Source of the DNA: Planctomycetota bacterium
GTDB lineage: Bacteria; Planctomycetota; Planctomycetia; JALXBF01
Assembly: GCA_026981825.1 (NCBI GenBank)
Contig: JALSID010000285.1
Coordinates: forward strand, 1-56,770
Length of the DNA stretch: 56,770 nucleotides
Direction of reading: 5' to 3'
Shown here in pieces: positions 40,405 to 50,700 of the stretch. A model generated the notes under the pieces. It saw nothing but the letters and a program-made list of their open reading frames with translations. It was not told the origin of the DNA and searched no databases. Made by a program: the position numbers and the translations under genes. Numbering within the stretch: position 1 is the stretch's first letter; the number at the start of each line of letters is the position of its first letter.

Positions 40405-41199
40405 ATGGGAGCGAACATGTCGCTAGTAGATTCGAGGATTGCCCACACCTGTCAGCCGCCGACGGAACCTGGCCCCGCGTTTCTGGAGTCCGCTCGTCGG
40501 GAACCGGCTCAGCTCGGGCCTGCGTTACGTCTCGCGGAAACGCCCGAGCTACGGCATGCGGCTCTCGACCTCGTTCTCGAGTACTACAAGCGGCAAGGGT
40601 ACGTGCCGCCAGACGCCGTCGCCACCCACGTTCACCGCTACGCACTGGTACCAGGGGCAGAGACGATCGTGGCGTGCGATTCCGATGGGACCGTCCTCGC
40701 CACGCTGACGCTCGTGCCCGACGGCCCCTGGGGCCTACCGATGGATAGCCTCTACCGCGAGGAGCTCACCCGGCTTCGTAAAGAAGGGCGCGTTCTTGCC
40801 GAATGCATCGGGTTTGCCTCCCGGGTGCTGGAACGACACGCGACCCTTCGTTTGGTGGTCTCTCTGACACGAGCGGCGATGTGGTTCGCTTTGCGTTCCG
40901 GCAGAACAGATCTGGTCGTTACCGTCAACCCGCGGCACGTCCACTTCTACGCGCGGCTGTTGCCGTTCCAAATCATCGGAGCAGAGAAGCAGTACGCGGC
41001 CGTGCAAAACGCTCCCGCAGTTCCGCTCCGCTTGAACTTGCTGACCCTTGCCGAAGAGCGGGAGCGGAGGCGGGCGGCTTACCGCAACTACCTGGGCGAA
41101 CTCGACCTGCGTAACCTCCAGACCACCTCGACCTTCCGTCCACCATCACCGGGCGAGTCCGCAACCGATGCTGCAAGCGACCGACAGGAAGCAGACTAG
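40405..41199 (+). CDS. FeeM-like N-acyl amino acid synthase (GNAT fold), copy 2
   Basis: GGAGGT RBS; motifs YYKRQGY, ATLTLVPDGPWGLPMDSLYREELTRLRKEGRVLAE, TVNPRHVHFY..LL.F and NAPAVPLRLNL. Confidence 0.85.
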   Translation: MGANMSLVDSRIAHTCQPPTEPGPAFLESARREPAQLGPALRLAETPELRHAALDLVLEYYKRQGYVPPDAVATHVHRYALVPGAETIVACDSDGTVLATLTLVPDGPWGLPMDSLYREELTRLRKEGRVLAECIGFASRVLERHATLRLVVSLTRAAMWFALRSGRTDLVVTVNPRHVHFYARLLPFQIIGAEKQYAAVQNAPAVPLRLNLLTLAEERERRRAAYRNYLGELDLRNLQTTSTFRPPSPGESATDAASDRQEAD

Positions 41200-41333
41200 A
41201 GAACCGCACAGCGATCGGGCAGACGGAAGGTCACGGGACGCCGCCGCAGGATTGGTCTGCCGGGGCGCACCGCGGTATCGCATGCCCCCCCTGTGTCTCT
41301 CTCGTGCGGAGGTCAACCGGGCAAAGCAAGCTC

Positions 41334-42809
41334 CTACGCGAGCAGGTCGCGGATGACCTTGCCCCCTGTCTGGCTTAGCTGTTTGAATCGGCCCTCGTGG
41401 AAGAAGCGGAGCTTGTTGTCATCGAGGCCAAGGATGTGGAGCAAGGTTACGTGGAAGTCCTTGATCGGATGGACGCATTCCACCGCGCGGGCCCCGATCT
41501 CGTCCGTGGACCCGACGACTTCACCCGCGCGCACCCCGCCCCCGGCCAGCCAGACCACCATGGCGTCCTTGTTGTGATCGCGGCCGTATGCCACGCCGCC
41601 CCCTCGGATTCCGTTGTCGGGCGACCGGCCGAACTCACCGGCCCAGATCACGAGCGTTTCCTCCAGCAAGCCTCGTCGCTTGAGGTCCTTGATCAACGCC
41701 GCAATGGGCTTATCGACTGCTCGGATCCGGGCTGCGTGGGCCTTGGCGATGCGATCGTGAGAGTCCCAGCCCGACGAGTAAATCTGCACGAAGCGAACAC
41801 CTCGTTCTACCAGACGCCGGGCTAACAAGCAGCGACGGGCGAAGCTGTCCGTCTCCGGTTCCCCAACACCGTACATCTGCAGCGTCCGTGCGTCTTCGCT
41901 GCTGAGGTCGACGATATCAGGAACTTCCATCTGCATGCGGAACGCCAGCTCGTACGCCTCCAGGCGCGCCGTGAGCGCATCGTGGTGCGGATGCCGAGCC
42001 ATGTGCATGCGGTTGAGCTCGGCCAACAGGTCAAGGTTCTGCCGCTGATGCCATCGCGAAATCCCGGGCGGCGGTGCAATGTCCAGAAGGGGTGCCCCCT
42101 CTGGTCGGAACGCTGTGCCCTGGTAGTAGGCGGGCAAGAAACCGTTGGACCAGTTGGCCGCACCTCCTTGCGGGTAATTGACCTCCGGCAACACCACAAA
42201 GGCAGGGAGGTTCTGGTTCAACGTGCCCAGCCCATAGGTGACCCATGCCCCCACGGCAGGATCGCCACCGAAGCGGTTTCCGGTGTTCATGTGGTAACAG
42301 GCAGTGGGATGATTGATCGACTCCGCCACCAGGCCGCGGTAGATACAGAGCTCGTCGGCCACCTCCGCGAGATGTACCCAGTGTTCGCACATTTCGATGC
42401 CGCTTTGCCCGACCTTGCGGAACCGAAACGGGCTCTTCACGAAGTAGCGCTGTCCGCTGGCCATTGCGGAGGCAAACCGGTCTTTGCGAACGAACCTGGT
42501 CAGGTGTAGTTTGTCCAGTTCGGGTTTTGGATCAAAGGTGTCGATGTGGCTAGGCCCCCCTTCCATGAAGAGGAAGATGCACGCCCTGGCACGGGGACGA
42601 TGGTGGGGCGGCTTGGGGGCGAGGGGGGAACTCGCCGAGCGGCTCTCGTCTGCTGCGACGAGCGAGTTGAAGGCCACGGTGCCCAGGGTCATTCCGAGGC
42701 CATAGAGAAATTCACGGCGCTTCAGCGTAACCAACCGGTGCAGCGCCTTTGGATCGTGCCGCCTCTCACCTCGCATACCACACCTCGTCGCGTCCGTCAC
42801 CCTGTGCAC
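41334..42809 (-). CDS. DUF1501 family protein (Tat-exported, sulfatase-like)
   Basis: Tat motif KRREFL; IFLFMEGGPSHIDTFDPKP; CLLARRLVERGVRFVQI; WDSH; GEFGRSP; GRDH. Confidence 0.92.
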   Translation of the reverse strand: MHRVTDATRCGMRGERRHDPKALHRLVTLKRREFLYGLGMTLGTVAFNSLVAADESRSASSPLAPKPPHHRPRARACIFLFMEGGPSHIDTFDPKPELDKLHLTRFVRKDRFASAMASGQRYFVKSPFRFRKVGQSGIEMCEHWVHLAEVADELCIYRGLVAESINHPTACYHMNTGNRFGGDPAVGAWVTYGLGTLNQNLPAFVVLPEVNYPQGGAANWSNGFLPAYYQGTAFRPEGAPLLDIAPPPGISRWHQRQNLDLLAELNRMHMARHPHHDALTARLEAYELAFRMQMEVPDIVDLSSEDARTLQMYGVGEPETDSFARRCLLARRLVERGVRFVQIYSSGWDSHDRIAKAHAARIRAVDKPIAALIKDLKRRGLLEETLVIWAGEFGRSPDNGIRGGGVAYGRDHNKDAMVVWLAGGGVRAGEVVGSTDEIGARAVECVHPIKDFHVTLLHILGLDDNKLRFFHEGRFKQLSQTGGKVIRDLLA

Positions 42810-42818
42810 GCGCCACGG

Positions 42819-45248
42819 TCAGTAGACGTAGACGAACTCGTTCGAGTTCAAAAGCACGTGGCAGACGTCGGCCAGAGCGTTAACGTCTGGGGGCAGGTCG
42901 GCCGGAGAAAGATCCGGCTCATACTGCGCCATTTCGAACAATTCCTCACGCCACGTGTACTCAACCCCTTCAACTTCTTCGATCATCCGCCGTTCGACGC
43001 TGGTGGGGGCGTCCCAACGCGGCAACTCGACCTGCCGATAATGAGCGAGCATTTTCCGGTAATGGGCCAGGCAATAGCCGAGCTCGTGCGCGTTCGGGTC
43101 GCGCGCGAACGCTCGGCGGAACGCCTCGATGATCGCATCCTCGGGCCGTCGCGTGGTCCGAGCAATCCCAGCTGCCATGGCAAGCGCACGACAATAGGCC
43201 CATTTGCTGTTGAAAAGGGCAAAGACCTGCGGGGTTACCGTCGACTCTTCACGTACCGGACACGACACCGTGCCGTCAGGTTGGTTGAACACCTCCAGGA
43301 ATGGGTCACGGAGCGTGCGGATGCGGAACAGATAGATCGAGCGACGATGACGCTGATCACGCTTGGGGGAAGGTTGGTACGCCGGAGCCACCGTCCCCAT
43401 GATGTGCCGCGGCTGCAGGGCCACGTCCCAATTGATCTCTTCGAACACCCCGGGACCGCCCATCTCCAGGTTCAGCTCTCCGCTGGCGAACAAGAGCGCG
43501 TCTCGCAGCTCCTCCGCCTGCAGACGACGGGGCGGATAGTAGGCCAGCAGTTCGTTGGGCGGATCGACCCTGGCAACCTCCGGGTGTCGCGGATGGGTGG
43601 AGTCCCGGCGGTAGGTGACGGAGGTAAGGATGAGGCGATGCAACCGCTTCAGCGACCACCCGTGGCTCTTGAGGTAAGCGGCCAGGAAGTCGAGCAACTC
43701 GGGATGGGTCGGCTTGGCCCCCATTTTGCCGAAGTTGTTCGGAGTGCGCACGATCCCAAGGTTCGCAAAGTGGTGCTGCCAGACCCGGTTGGCAATGACA
43801 CGCGGCGTCAACGGGTTGTCCTCCGCGGTGATCCAGCGGGCCAGAGCCAGCCGTCGGCCCGACCAGCCCCGAGGGATTGGCACCGGTCGCATTCGACCGA
43901 AAGTCGCCACAACCCCCACCACGCCTGGTTCCACTTCCGGCCCTAGAGAGGCCAGATCTCCGCCCATAAGCACGCGAACCCGTGGAGGCCTGTCGTCTGC
44001 GGCCGGTTCTTTGGGCGGATTGTCCAGTCGCACGGAGCTGTAGTGATTGCTCGGCCCGTTGTACACGGAAAGCGCATACGGCTCAAACCTGCGCAACGCC
44101 CGCTGGTAATAGGCAATCCACTTGCGGAACATCCGCTGCAGACCGCGGTCCTTGACATCCAGCCCGAAGAGCCGCGTGGGACGTTTTTCGAGGGGGAGTT
44201 CCTTGAGACTGCGGAGTCCACGCTCGGCGAGGAAGCGGGCGACCGCCTCCCTGTGCTTGCGCTCGATCCGATCCAGTTGCTCCCTGCAGTACCGTAGTCG
44301 TTCCTGGAAAACTCGTCGAGCAGCGTCAAAACCAAGACGGTTTTCCTCTGCAAGAAACGGAACACGGTGTTCAACAAAGTGAGTCGTGGCAAAGCATGCT
44401 TGCACAGCGTAGTAGTCGCGGGTTGGGATCGGATCGAACTTGTGATCGTGGCACCGGGCGCAGCGTAGCGTCAGACCGAGGAACGTGACCCCTACAGCAT
44501 TCGTCACGTCGTCAAGCCACGCCTGTCGCGTAACGGCCTCGACGCTCATTCCGGTGTGTTCCCACGGGCCCATCCGTAGAAATCCCACGGCGATCTTCAT
44601 CTCCGGGTTGTCCGGCTCCAACTCGTCCCCCGCGATCTGCTCGAGCGCGAAACGATCGAACGGTTTGTCGGCGTTGAAAGAACGGATCACGTAGTCACGG
44701 TATCGCCAGGCGTTGGGGCGTTCGAAGTCGTTCGAATAACCCGCCGTGTCGGCATAGCGAACCACGTCCAGCCAGTGCCGCGCCCACTGCTCGCCGTAAC
44801 GCGGGCTGGCCAGCAACCGATCGATCAAGCGTTCCCAGCGATCGGGGCGGGGATCGGCCAGGAAACGCTCCACGGAGGCTCGATCGGGCGGGAGGCCAAG
44901 CAGGTCAAAATAGACCCGACGCAGCAACGTTGCCGGGTCGGCAGGCGGGGCCGGTGTGAGCCCGCGGTCGGCCAGCCGGCGGTTGACGAAAGCATCGACC
45001 GGGTTTGCGTGGACCCAGCCTGGCTGAAGCGCCGGTACACGAACCGGTTTCAGCGGGCGAAAGGCCCACAGGTCTTCGGGGGCGTAAGACCACGCAGGCT
45101 TTTCGTCGGGGCGAGCGACTGCCGTCACCACACCGACAACGATCGCGGTGACGAGCAACAGACGGCAACATACGCCGGTACCTGAGCTTGCTTTCGATGC
45201 CGTCGCCGGTAGCCCCATGGGACACGCGCTCTCCGGTGGTTGCGACAT
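42819..45248 (-). CDS. DUF1549/DUF1553 (PSD1) planctomycete protein
   Basis: Motifs WAFRP, LLRRVYFDLLGLPP, YGEQWARHWLDVVRYADT, CARCHDHKFDP, NPLTPRVIANRVWQHHF, PTHPELLD and C-terminal LLNSNEFVY. Start uncertain (45218-45269). Confidence 0.92.
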   Translation of the reverse strand: MSQPPESACPMGLPATASKASSGTGVCCRLLLVTAIVVGVVTAVARPDEKPAWSYAPEDLWAFRPLKPVRVPALQPGWVHANPVDAFVNRRLADRGLTPAPPADPATLLRRVYFDLLGLPPDRASVERFLADPRPDRWERLIDRLLASPRYGEQWARHWLDVVRYADTAGYSNDFERPNAWRYRDYVIRSFNADKPFDRFALEQIAGDELEPDNPEMKIAVGFLRMGPWEHTGMSVEAVTRQAWLDDVTNAVGVTFLGLTLRCARCHDHKFDPIPTRDYYAVQACFATTHFVEHRVPFLAEENRLGFDAARRVFQERLRYCREQLDRIERKHREAVARFLAERGLRSLKELPLEKRPTRLFGLDVKDRGLQRMFRKWIAYYQRALRRFEPYALSVYNGPSNHYSSVRLDNPPKEPAADDRPPRVRVLMGGDLASLGPEVEPGVVGVVATFGRMRPVPIPRGWSGRRLALARWITAEDNPLTPRVIANRVWQHHFANLGIVRTPNNFGKMGAKPTHPELLDFLAAYLKSHGWSLKRLHRLILTSVTYRRDSTHPRHPEVARVDPPNELLAYYPPRRLQAEELRDALLFASGELNLEMGGPGVFEEINWDVALQPRHIMGTVAPAYQPSPKRDQRHRRSIYLFRIRTLRDPFLEVFNQPDGTVSCPVREESTVTPQVFALFNSKWAYCRALAMAAGIARTTRRPEDAIIEAFRRAFARDPNAHELGYCLAHYRKMLAHYRQVELPRWDAPTSVERRMIEEVEGVEYTWREELFEMAQYEPDLSPADLPPDVNALADVCHVLLNSNEFVYVY

Positions 45249-45537
45249 CGGTGATCTAATCGCTTGCATTGTACCCGGTTGTCTCCTGACCGGGCGGCGG
45301 CTCGGCCGCGGCCGGGCCAAACCACCTTTCACCGACCGTGCGCGACGGTGCCGAGAGCATGCACGCGCACCGTGGGCCCCCGCTGATCCGTAAGAGGCGC
45401 CAGCGTGCGCGGCGCCTCTGCGGTACACCGGCCGCCGCGTTGGGTGCGCCGCGTCGATGAAAAACCGTTTAGGTGCAGGGCAGGGGGGGCGAGCCACGTC
45501 CGCTGCCGCAGGACACGACGTGCCACGAAAGTGGCTG

Positions 45538-46674
45538 TCATGGCGAGGTGGCTTCGATCGTTGGCAGGACGCGTCCCAGCCAGTTCGCGATTCGCCGCTG
45601 GGGAGTACTCATGGGCCAGCGGTTGATCGTTGCTACCTCCACCCAGGCTGCCTCGGTGTGCTCGTCGTCGGGAAGCCCGATCGGATGCCCCGAAATCCAC
45701 TTCCCCAGCCAGGGCACGGCAGTGATGCGGAACCGCGTCACCTGGTAACGGATCGGCTTGCCTGCCAGCAAGAAGCGAGCGCACAGGCCTTTTTCCTGCA
45801 GAGCGGCCACTACGGCGTCCTCTGCACCGCCGCTGTCGGGGCCGTTATCCCTCGCGTCTACCCTGAGGAACTCCCACAATCCGCCCCAGCGGCGGTGTTG
45901 TTGCCTGCGCCAGATCAGAGTCCGTCCGGCCTTGTCGAGCAAGACGGTACGCCATTCGTGTTCGTGCTGCACTTGTGTTCGGCCGTTCTTCACGGGAAGT
46001 TCGTGGACGCGTCCCTCGCGCGCCGCCGCGCAGAGGGGGCGGAGCGAACACGCATCACATCGGGGCGACCTGGCGGTGCAGATCAGGGCACCGTGGTCCA
46101 TCAAGGCGTGGACCAGGGTTTGAGGGGGGCCAAAGCGGAACAGCTCGCGCACAAAGCCCTCCAGTCGCGCACGCGCTTCCCTGGACTTGATGGGCCGATC
46201 CTCGCCGAGCAGCCGAGCGAGGACGCGTTCGAGATTGGCGTCAATAGGGACTTCCGGAAGATCGAACGCGAACAGGAGCACAGCCCGGGCGGTGTAGTCG
46301 CCCAGTCCCGGCAACGCGCGCAGTGCAGCCAGGTCGCGCGGGATGGTACCGTTGAAATGGCGAACGATCGCCTGGGCCGCCGCACGTAGGTTGAGCGCGC
46401 GGCGATAGTAGCCGAGCCCGGCCCAGAGCCCGAGGAGTTCGTCGTCGGAGGCTTCGGCCAGGCTCCGGACATCCGGGAAACGGTCAAGGAACCGGCGGAA
46501 GTAGCGCAGCACCGTCGCGACCTGCGTTTGCTGCAGCATCACTTCCGAGACGAGTACCTCGTAGGGAGTCGCTCCATCGCGCCACGGCAGAGGGCGAGCG
46601 TGTTCGGCGTACCAGGCGAGCACGCGAGTCGCAACCTCTCGCGGCGTGGCACGGCGGCGAGCTCGACTCGTCAT
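45538..46674 (-). CDS. mutY: A/G-specific adenine glycosylase
   Basis: Motifs RPLPWR, SEVMLQQTQV, WAGLGYYRRA, HhH LPGLGDYTA, Fe-S motif CTARSPRCDACSLRPLC and GGLWEF. Confidence 0.93.
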   Translation of the reverse strand: MTSRARRRATPREVATRVLAWYAEHARPLPWRDGATPYEVLVSEVMLQQTQVATVLRYFRRFLDRFPDVRSLAEASDDELLGLWAGLGYYRRALNLRAAAQAIVRHFNGTIPRDLAALRALPGLGDYTARAVLLFAFDLPEVPIDANLERVLARLLGEDRPIKSREARARLEGFVRELFRFGPPQTLVHALMDHGALICTARSPRCDACSLRPLCAAAREGRVHELPVKNGRTQVQHEHEWRTVLLDKAGRTLIWRRQQHRRWGGLWEFLRVDARDNGPDSGGAEDAVVAALQEKGLCARFLLAGKPIRYQVTRFRITAVPWLGKWISGHPIGLPDDEHTEAAWVEVATINRWPMSTPQRRIANWLGRVLPTIEATSP

Positions 46675-46827
46675 CGTCGCTCCCTTCTCCCACGGGCATA
46701 CGAGCAAGCGCGGCGTTGAGGGGGGCTGACCGGAAGCCTGCTATGGCAAGGGGGGCGATATCGACGCCGCGGCTCTTCTGAGTGTACCGTACGCGTGAAC
46801 GTGGCAGAGGGAAAGAGCGGAATAGGT

Positions 46828-47472
46828 TTAGCGTCGGCGTCGGGGGTCAAACAGCCGCTCGAGCAGCTCGTTGGCGACGTCTGCGGTCGATCGGCCTGTT
46901 TCCCGCGGCTTTGAGGACCGGTGCTCTTCCTCGTCAGAGGGAGGTTCCGAAGGTCGAGAGATCTCCGTGGCGGTGTCCTCGCTGGAGGGGGATCTCACGA
47001 TGGTGGTCGCCATGGAAGCGTCGGCGGGAGTCTCCTGGCCCCCCATGGCGCTGCTGTCCAGAACCCAGTCGAGGACACTCTCTTCCAGGTTTTCCTCACG
47101 CGGCCCTGTCTGGGGGCTCCTGGCGAGGGGGCTGGAGATTTCGAAGGCGAATGCCAGTGGACCGACGCGGAGGATATCGCCGGACTGCACCCGGACTTCA
47201 CCGGTGACGCGGCTTGAGTTGAGAAACGTGCCGTTCAGGCTGTTCAGGTCGCGGACGTAAACGCCGTCCTCGCGGGTGATGATCGCGCAATGCCATTTGC
47301 TGACCACGGGACTTCGCGGCCGGAGATGACAGCGTGCGTCGCGCCCGATCAGGAACTGCGGCTGGGTGATCGGAATCTTCGTGCCCGCCGACTGACCTTT
47401 TACCACGATCAGATGGACTGGCATCGGCACACTCCCGGGACGGTCGTCCCGCGCCGCTCGTACAGTCGCCAT
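46828..47472 (-). CDS. FHA-domain protein with an acidic Ser/Thr-rich tail
   Basis: FHA motifs IGRD, VSKWH, DLNSLNGTFLN and GDILRVG; GGAGGAG RBS. Confidence 0.9.
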   Translation of the reverse strand: MATVRAARDDRPGSVPMPVHLIVVKGQSAGTKIPITQPQFLIGRDARCHLRPRSPVVSKWHCAIITREDGVYVRDLNSLNGTFLNSSRVTGEVRVQSGDILRVGPLAFAFEISSPLARSPQTGPREENLEESVLDWVLDSSAMGGQETPADASMATTIVRSPSSEDTATEISRPSEPPSDEEEHRSSKPRETGRSTADVANELLERLFDPRRRR

Positions 47473-47766
47473 CAGGCTCCTCCGTGAGCTCCGCTGACAC
47501 TCCCACGGATCGCGAATTCGTGTTCCGAGCTAACGTGCTTTGCGTGGCGGGCTTCCTGACCAGTCCTTCCTATCAACTCTATTGTAAGCGATCCACGCCT
47601 GGTTCCTAGGAGAATCGTATGCTGCGACGTATGGTCCACGCAACAGGAGCTGGGGGAGGGGCGGATGCCTGGGCTGGGCTTTCGGGGCGGGAACGAGCCC
47701 GAGGCGGGCACCGGGCGCGTTCGACGCCGAATCGGCATGGCAGGCCGGAAGAGCAGGGGAGCTCGT

Positions 47767-50700
47767 TTATCCAGCCGCCTGCTTGTCGGTGAGTTGAGGA
47801 GTGGGATCTTCTTCGAGAAGCTCGCGCAACAGGTTGTTCTCGATCACTTTCGCGTCCTGGTCCTGGGCGCTTGCTTCTTCTGCACTCGGGTGAGGCACCA
47901 CTTTCCAGAACATGCCCATGGCCTCGTCCCAGTTTTCCAGCACCCATCGGGCTCGTTGGCTGCCCGTGCGGTCCAGGTGCCGTTCGACCAGTGCGCGAAG
48001 CAGTTGCGCGTCCACATCGTCCTGGACACGTTCCAGGCCAACCATGGCCGGATTGAACCGCTCCGGGAACCGGCCGTCCAGATCGAGCACGTAGGCGATC
48101 CCGCCACTCATGCCGGCGCCGAAGTTGCGGCCCGTTGGACCCAGGATCACCACGACGCCGTTCGTCATATACTCGCACCCATGGTCTCCACACCCCTCAA
48201 CAACCGCCTTGCCACCGGAGTTGCGGACGCAGAGCCGTTCGCCCGCGATTCCTGCTGCGTAAAGCGTGCCACCGGTGGCGCCGTACATCACGGTGTTGCC
48301 CATGATCACGGAGTCTTGGGGGGCATACCGTGCACCGGCTGGGGGCCTTATGACGATCTCGCCGCCGAACATTCCCTTGCCGACGTAGTCCTGGGCTTCC
48401 CCTTCGAGCACCAGCCGCATGCCACGGTTGCACCAGGCGCCGAAGCTCTGGCCCGCTTCGCCCCGGAAGAAGAGCTGGATCGTCCCCGGCGGCAGCCCTG
48501 CTTCTCCGTAGCGTTTGGCGATTTCGCCGGACAGTCGGGCTCCAACCGACCGGTCGCGGTTCGTGATCACGTAGTCGCGTCGCACGGGCCGGGCCGTGTG
48601 CACCGCCTGGGCGCAGTCGTGCCAGATCCGCTCATCTAGCGGCGGCTCCGGTTCTGGGCGGTCATTGCGCGGTTCGACCTGACGGTGGGGCTTGCGGAAC
48701 TCCGGGTCAGGGTTGTAAAGGATTGCGGACAGATCGATGTTGTCGGTCTTGGGCAGCTTGATGTCCTTTCTCGGTTCGAGCAGGTCGACGCGGCCAATGA
48801 TCTCCTCCAGCCGGCGGAAGCCCATCTCGGCCAGGATCATGCGGACCTGTTCGGCAACGAAGAGCATGTACTGGACGACATGCTCGGGCTTGCCCGGGAA
48901 CTTCTTTCTCAGGTCCACCCTCTGGCTCGCCACGCCGACCGGGCAGGTGTTCAGGTGGCATTGCCGGGCCATCACGCACCCGGCAGCGATCATGGCGGCC
49001 GTACCGAAACCGAACTCCTCCGCACCCATCAATGCTGCCATTACGACATCCCGACCGCTTTTGAGCCCCCCGTCAACACGGAGGCGTACGCGGCCCCGCA
49101 GGTCATTGTCGACCAGCACCTGTTGGGTCTCGCGCAGGCCCAGCTCCCACGGTATCCCGGCGTGCTTGATCGATCCGAGCGGAGAAGCTCCTGTGCCCCC
49201 GTCGGCGCCGGAAATCAGGATGTTGTCCGCGTATCCCTTGGCCACCCCGGCTGCAATCGTACCCACTCCGGAGACGGACACGAGCTTCACGCAGATGCGA
49301 GCGTCGGGATTGACGCGTTTGAGGTCGTAGATCAACTGGGCGAGGTCCTCAATCGAGTAGATGTCATGGTGTGGGGGCGGGGAGATCAGCGTCACGCCCG
49401 GCACAGAGCGGCGAATGCGGGCGATCTCTTCGGACACCTTGTGCCCCGGGATCTGACCGCCTTCGCCCGGCTTCGAGCCCTGAGCCATCTTGATCTCGAG
49501 CTCCCGGGCGCTTACCAGGTAGTAGGGGGTCACTCCGAACCGACCCGAGGCCACCTGCTTGATCGCACTGTTCGCCCAATCCCCCTTCTTCGGATGCCAC
49601 TCGGCATGGCTCAACTCGGGCATGTCACGATCGTACGGCTTGAAGCGGATCGGGTCTTCGCCCCCTTCACCAGAGTTGCTCTTGCCCCCCAGACGGTTCA
49701 TCGCAATCGCGATCAGCTCGTGACATTCGCGACTGAGCGCCCCGTGACTCATCGCCTGGGTGCAGAACCGCTTCACGATCTCCTCGGCAGGCTCGACTTC
49801 ACTGAGCGGCACCGGTTGCGGGGCTCGCTTCCAAGTGAGGAGATCGCGCAGGTTGCACGGCGGCCGGTTGTCAACTGCTGCGGCGAACCGACGGTACGCC
49901 TCCAGATTGCCCGTACGTACGGCTTCGTGCAGGTTCTTGAACACGTCCGGGTTGTAAGCGTGGTATTCGCCCCGCTTAGAGAACCGGTAGACGCCGCGGA
50001 GAAACAGCTTCGGCTTTTCGACGCCGTAGCCCTCCTCGTGGAACCGCAGGACGTCACGGCCGATGTCCGTCAGAGATGCCCCCTGAATCCGGCTGACGGT
50101 ACCCGTGAAGTAGCGGTCTACCACCTCCTGAGAAAGACCGATGACCTCGAAGATCTGGGCGCCACGGTAACTGCTGACCGTGGAAATACCCATCTTGGAC
50201 ATGATCTTTAAGATTCCCTTCTCAACTGCTGCCTTGTAGTTGCGCAGCGCCTGGACCGGCTCAAGATCGTACTTTGCCGCCAGATTTGCTACCGCAGCAA
50301 ACGCCAGGTAGGGGCAGATCAAGGAGGCGCCGTAACCGATCAGGCAGGCGTAGTGGTGATCTTCCCGCACCTCGCCTGTCTCGCAGATGATCGAGACCTG
50401 TAGCCGCTTGCCCCTCCGGATCAGATGGTGATGCACGGCACCAACGGCCAGGAGCATCGGGACGGGGGCATGTTCTCGATTTACCCCCCGGTCGGACAGG
50501 ACCAACAGGGTGCAGCCACGATCGACCGCCTGCTCCGCTTCCGAGCACAGCCGCCAAACGGCGCGTTCCAGCCCGTCTGGACCCTCCGCTACAGGGAAGG
50601 TGCAGTCGAGCGTGGCCGAGCGGAAGCGAGGATCGTCCAGAGATCGGAGCCAGTCGAGTTCAGCCTCGCTGATGATGGGGGAGGAGAACTTGACCATTTG

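Noticed and set aside
48685-50211. Long antisense ORFs (also 38101-39456, 42546-43946, 21003-22214, 55457-56656)
   Set aside because: They are shadow frames opposite well-supported genes, as expected from high-GC codon bias.
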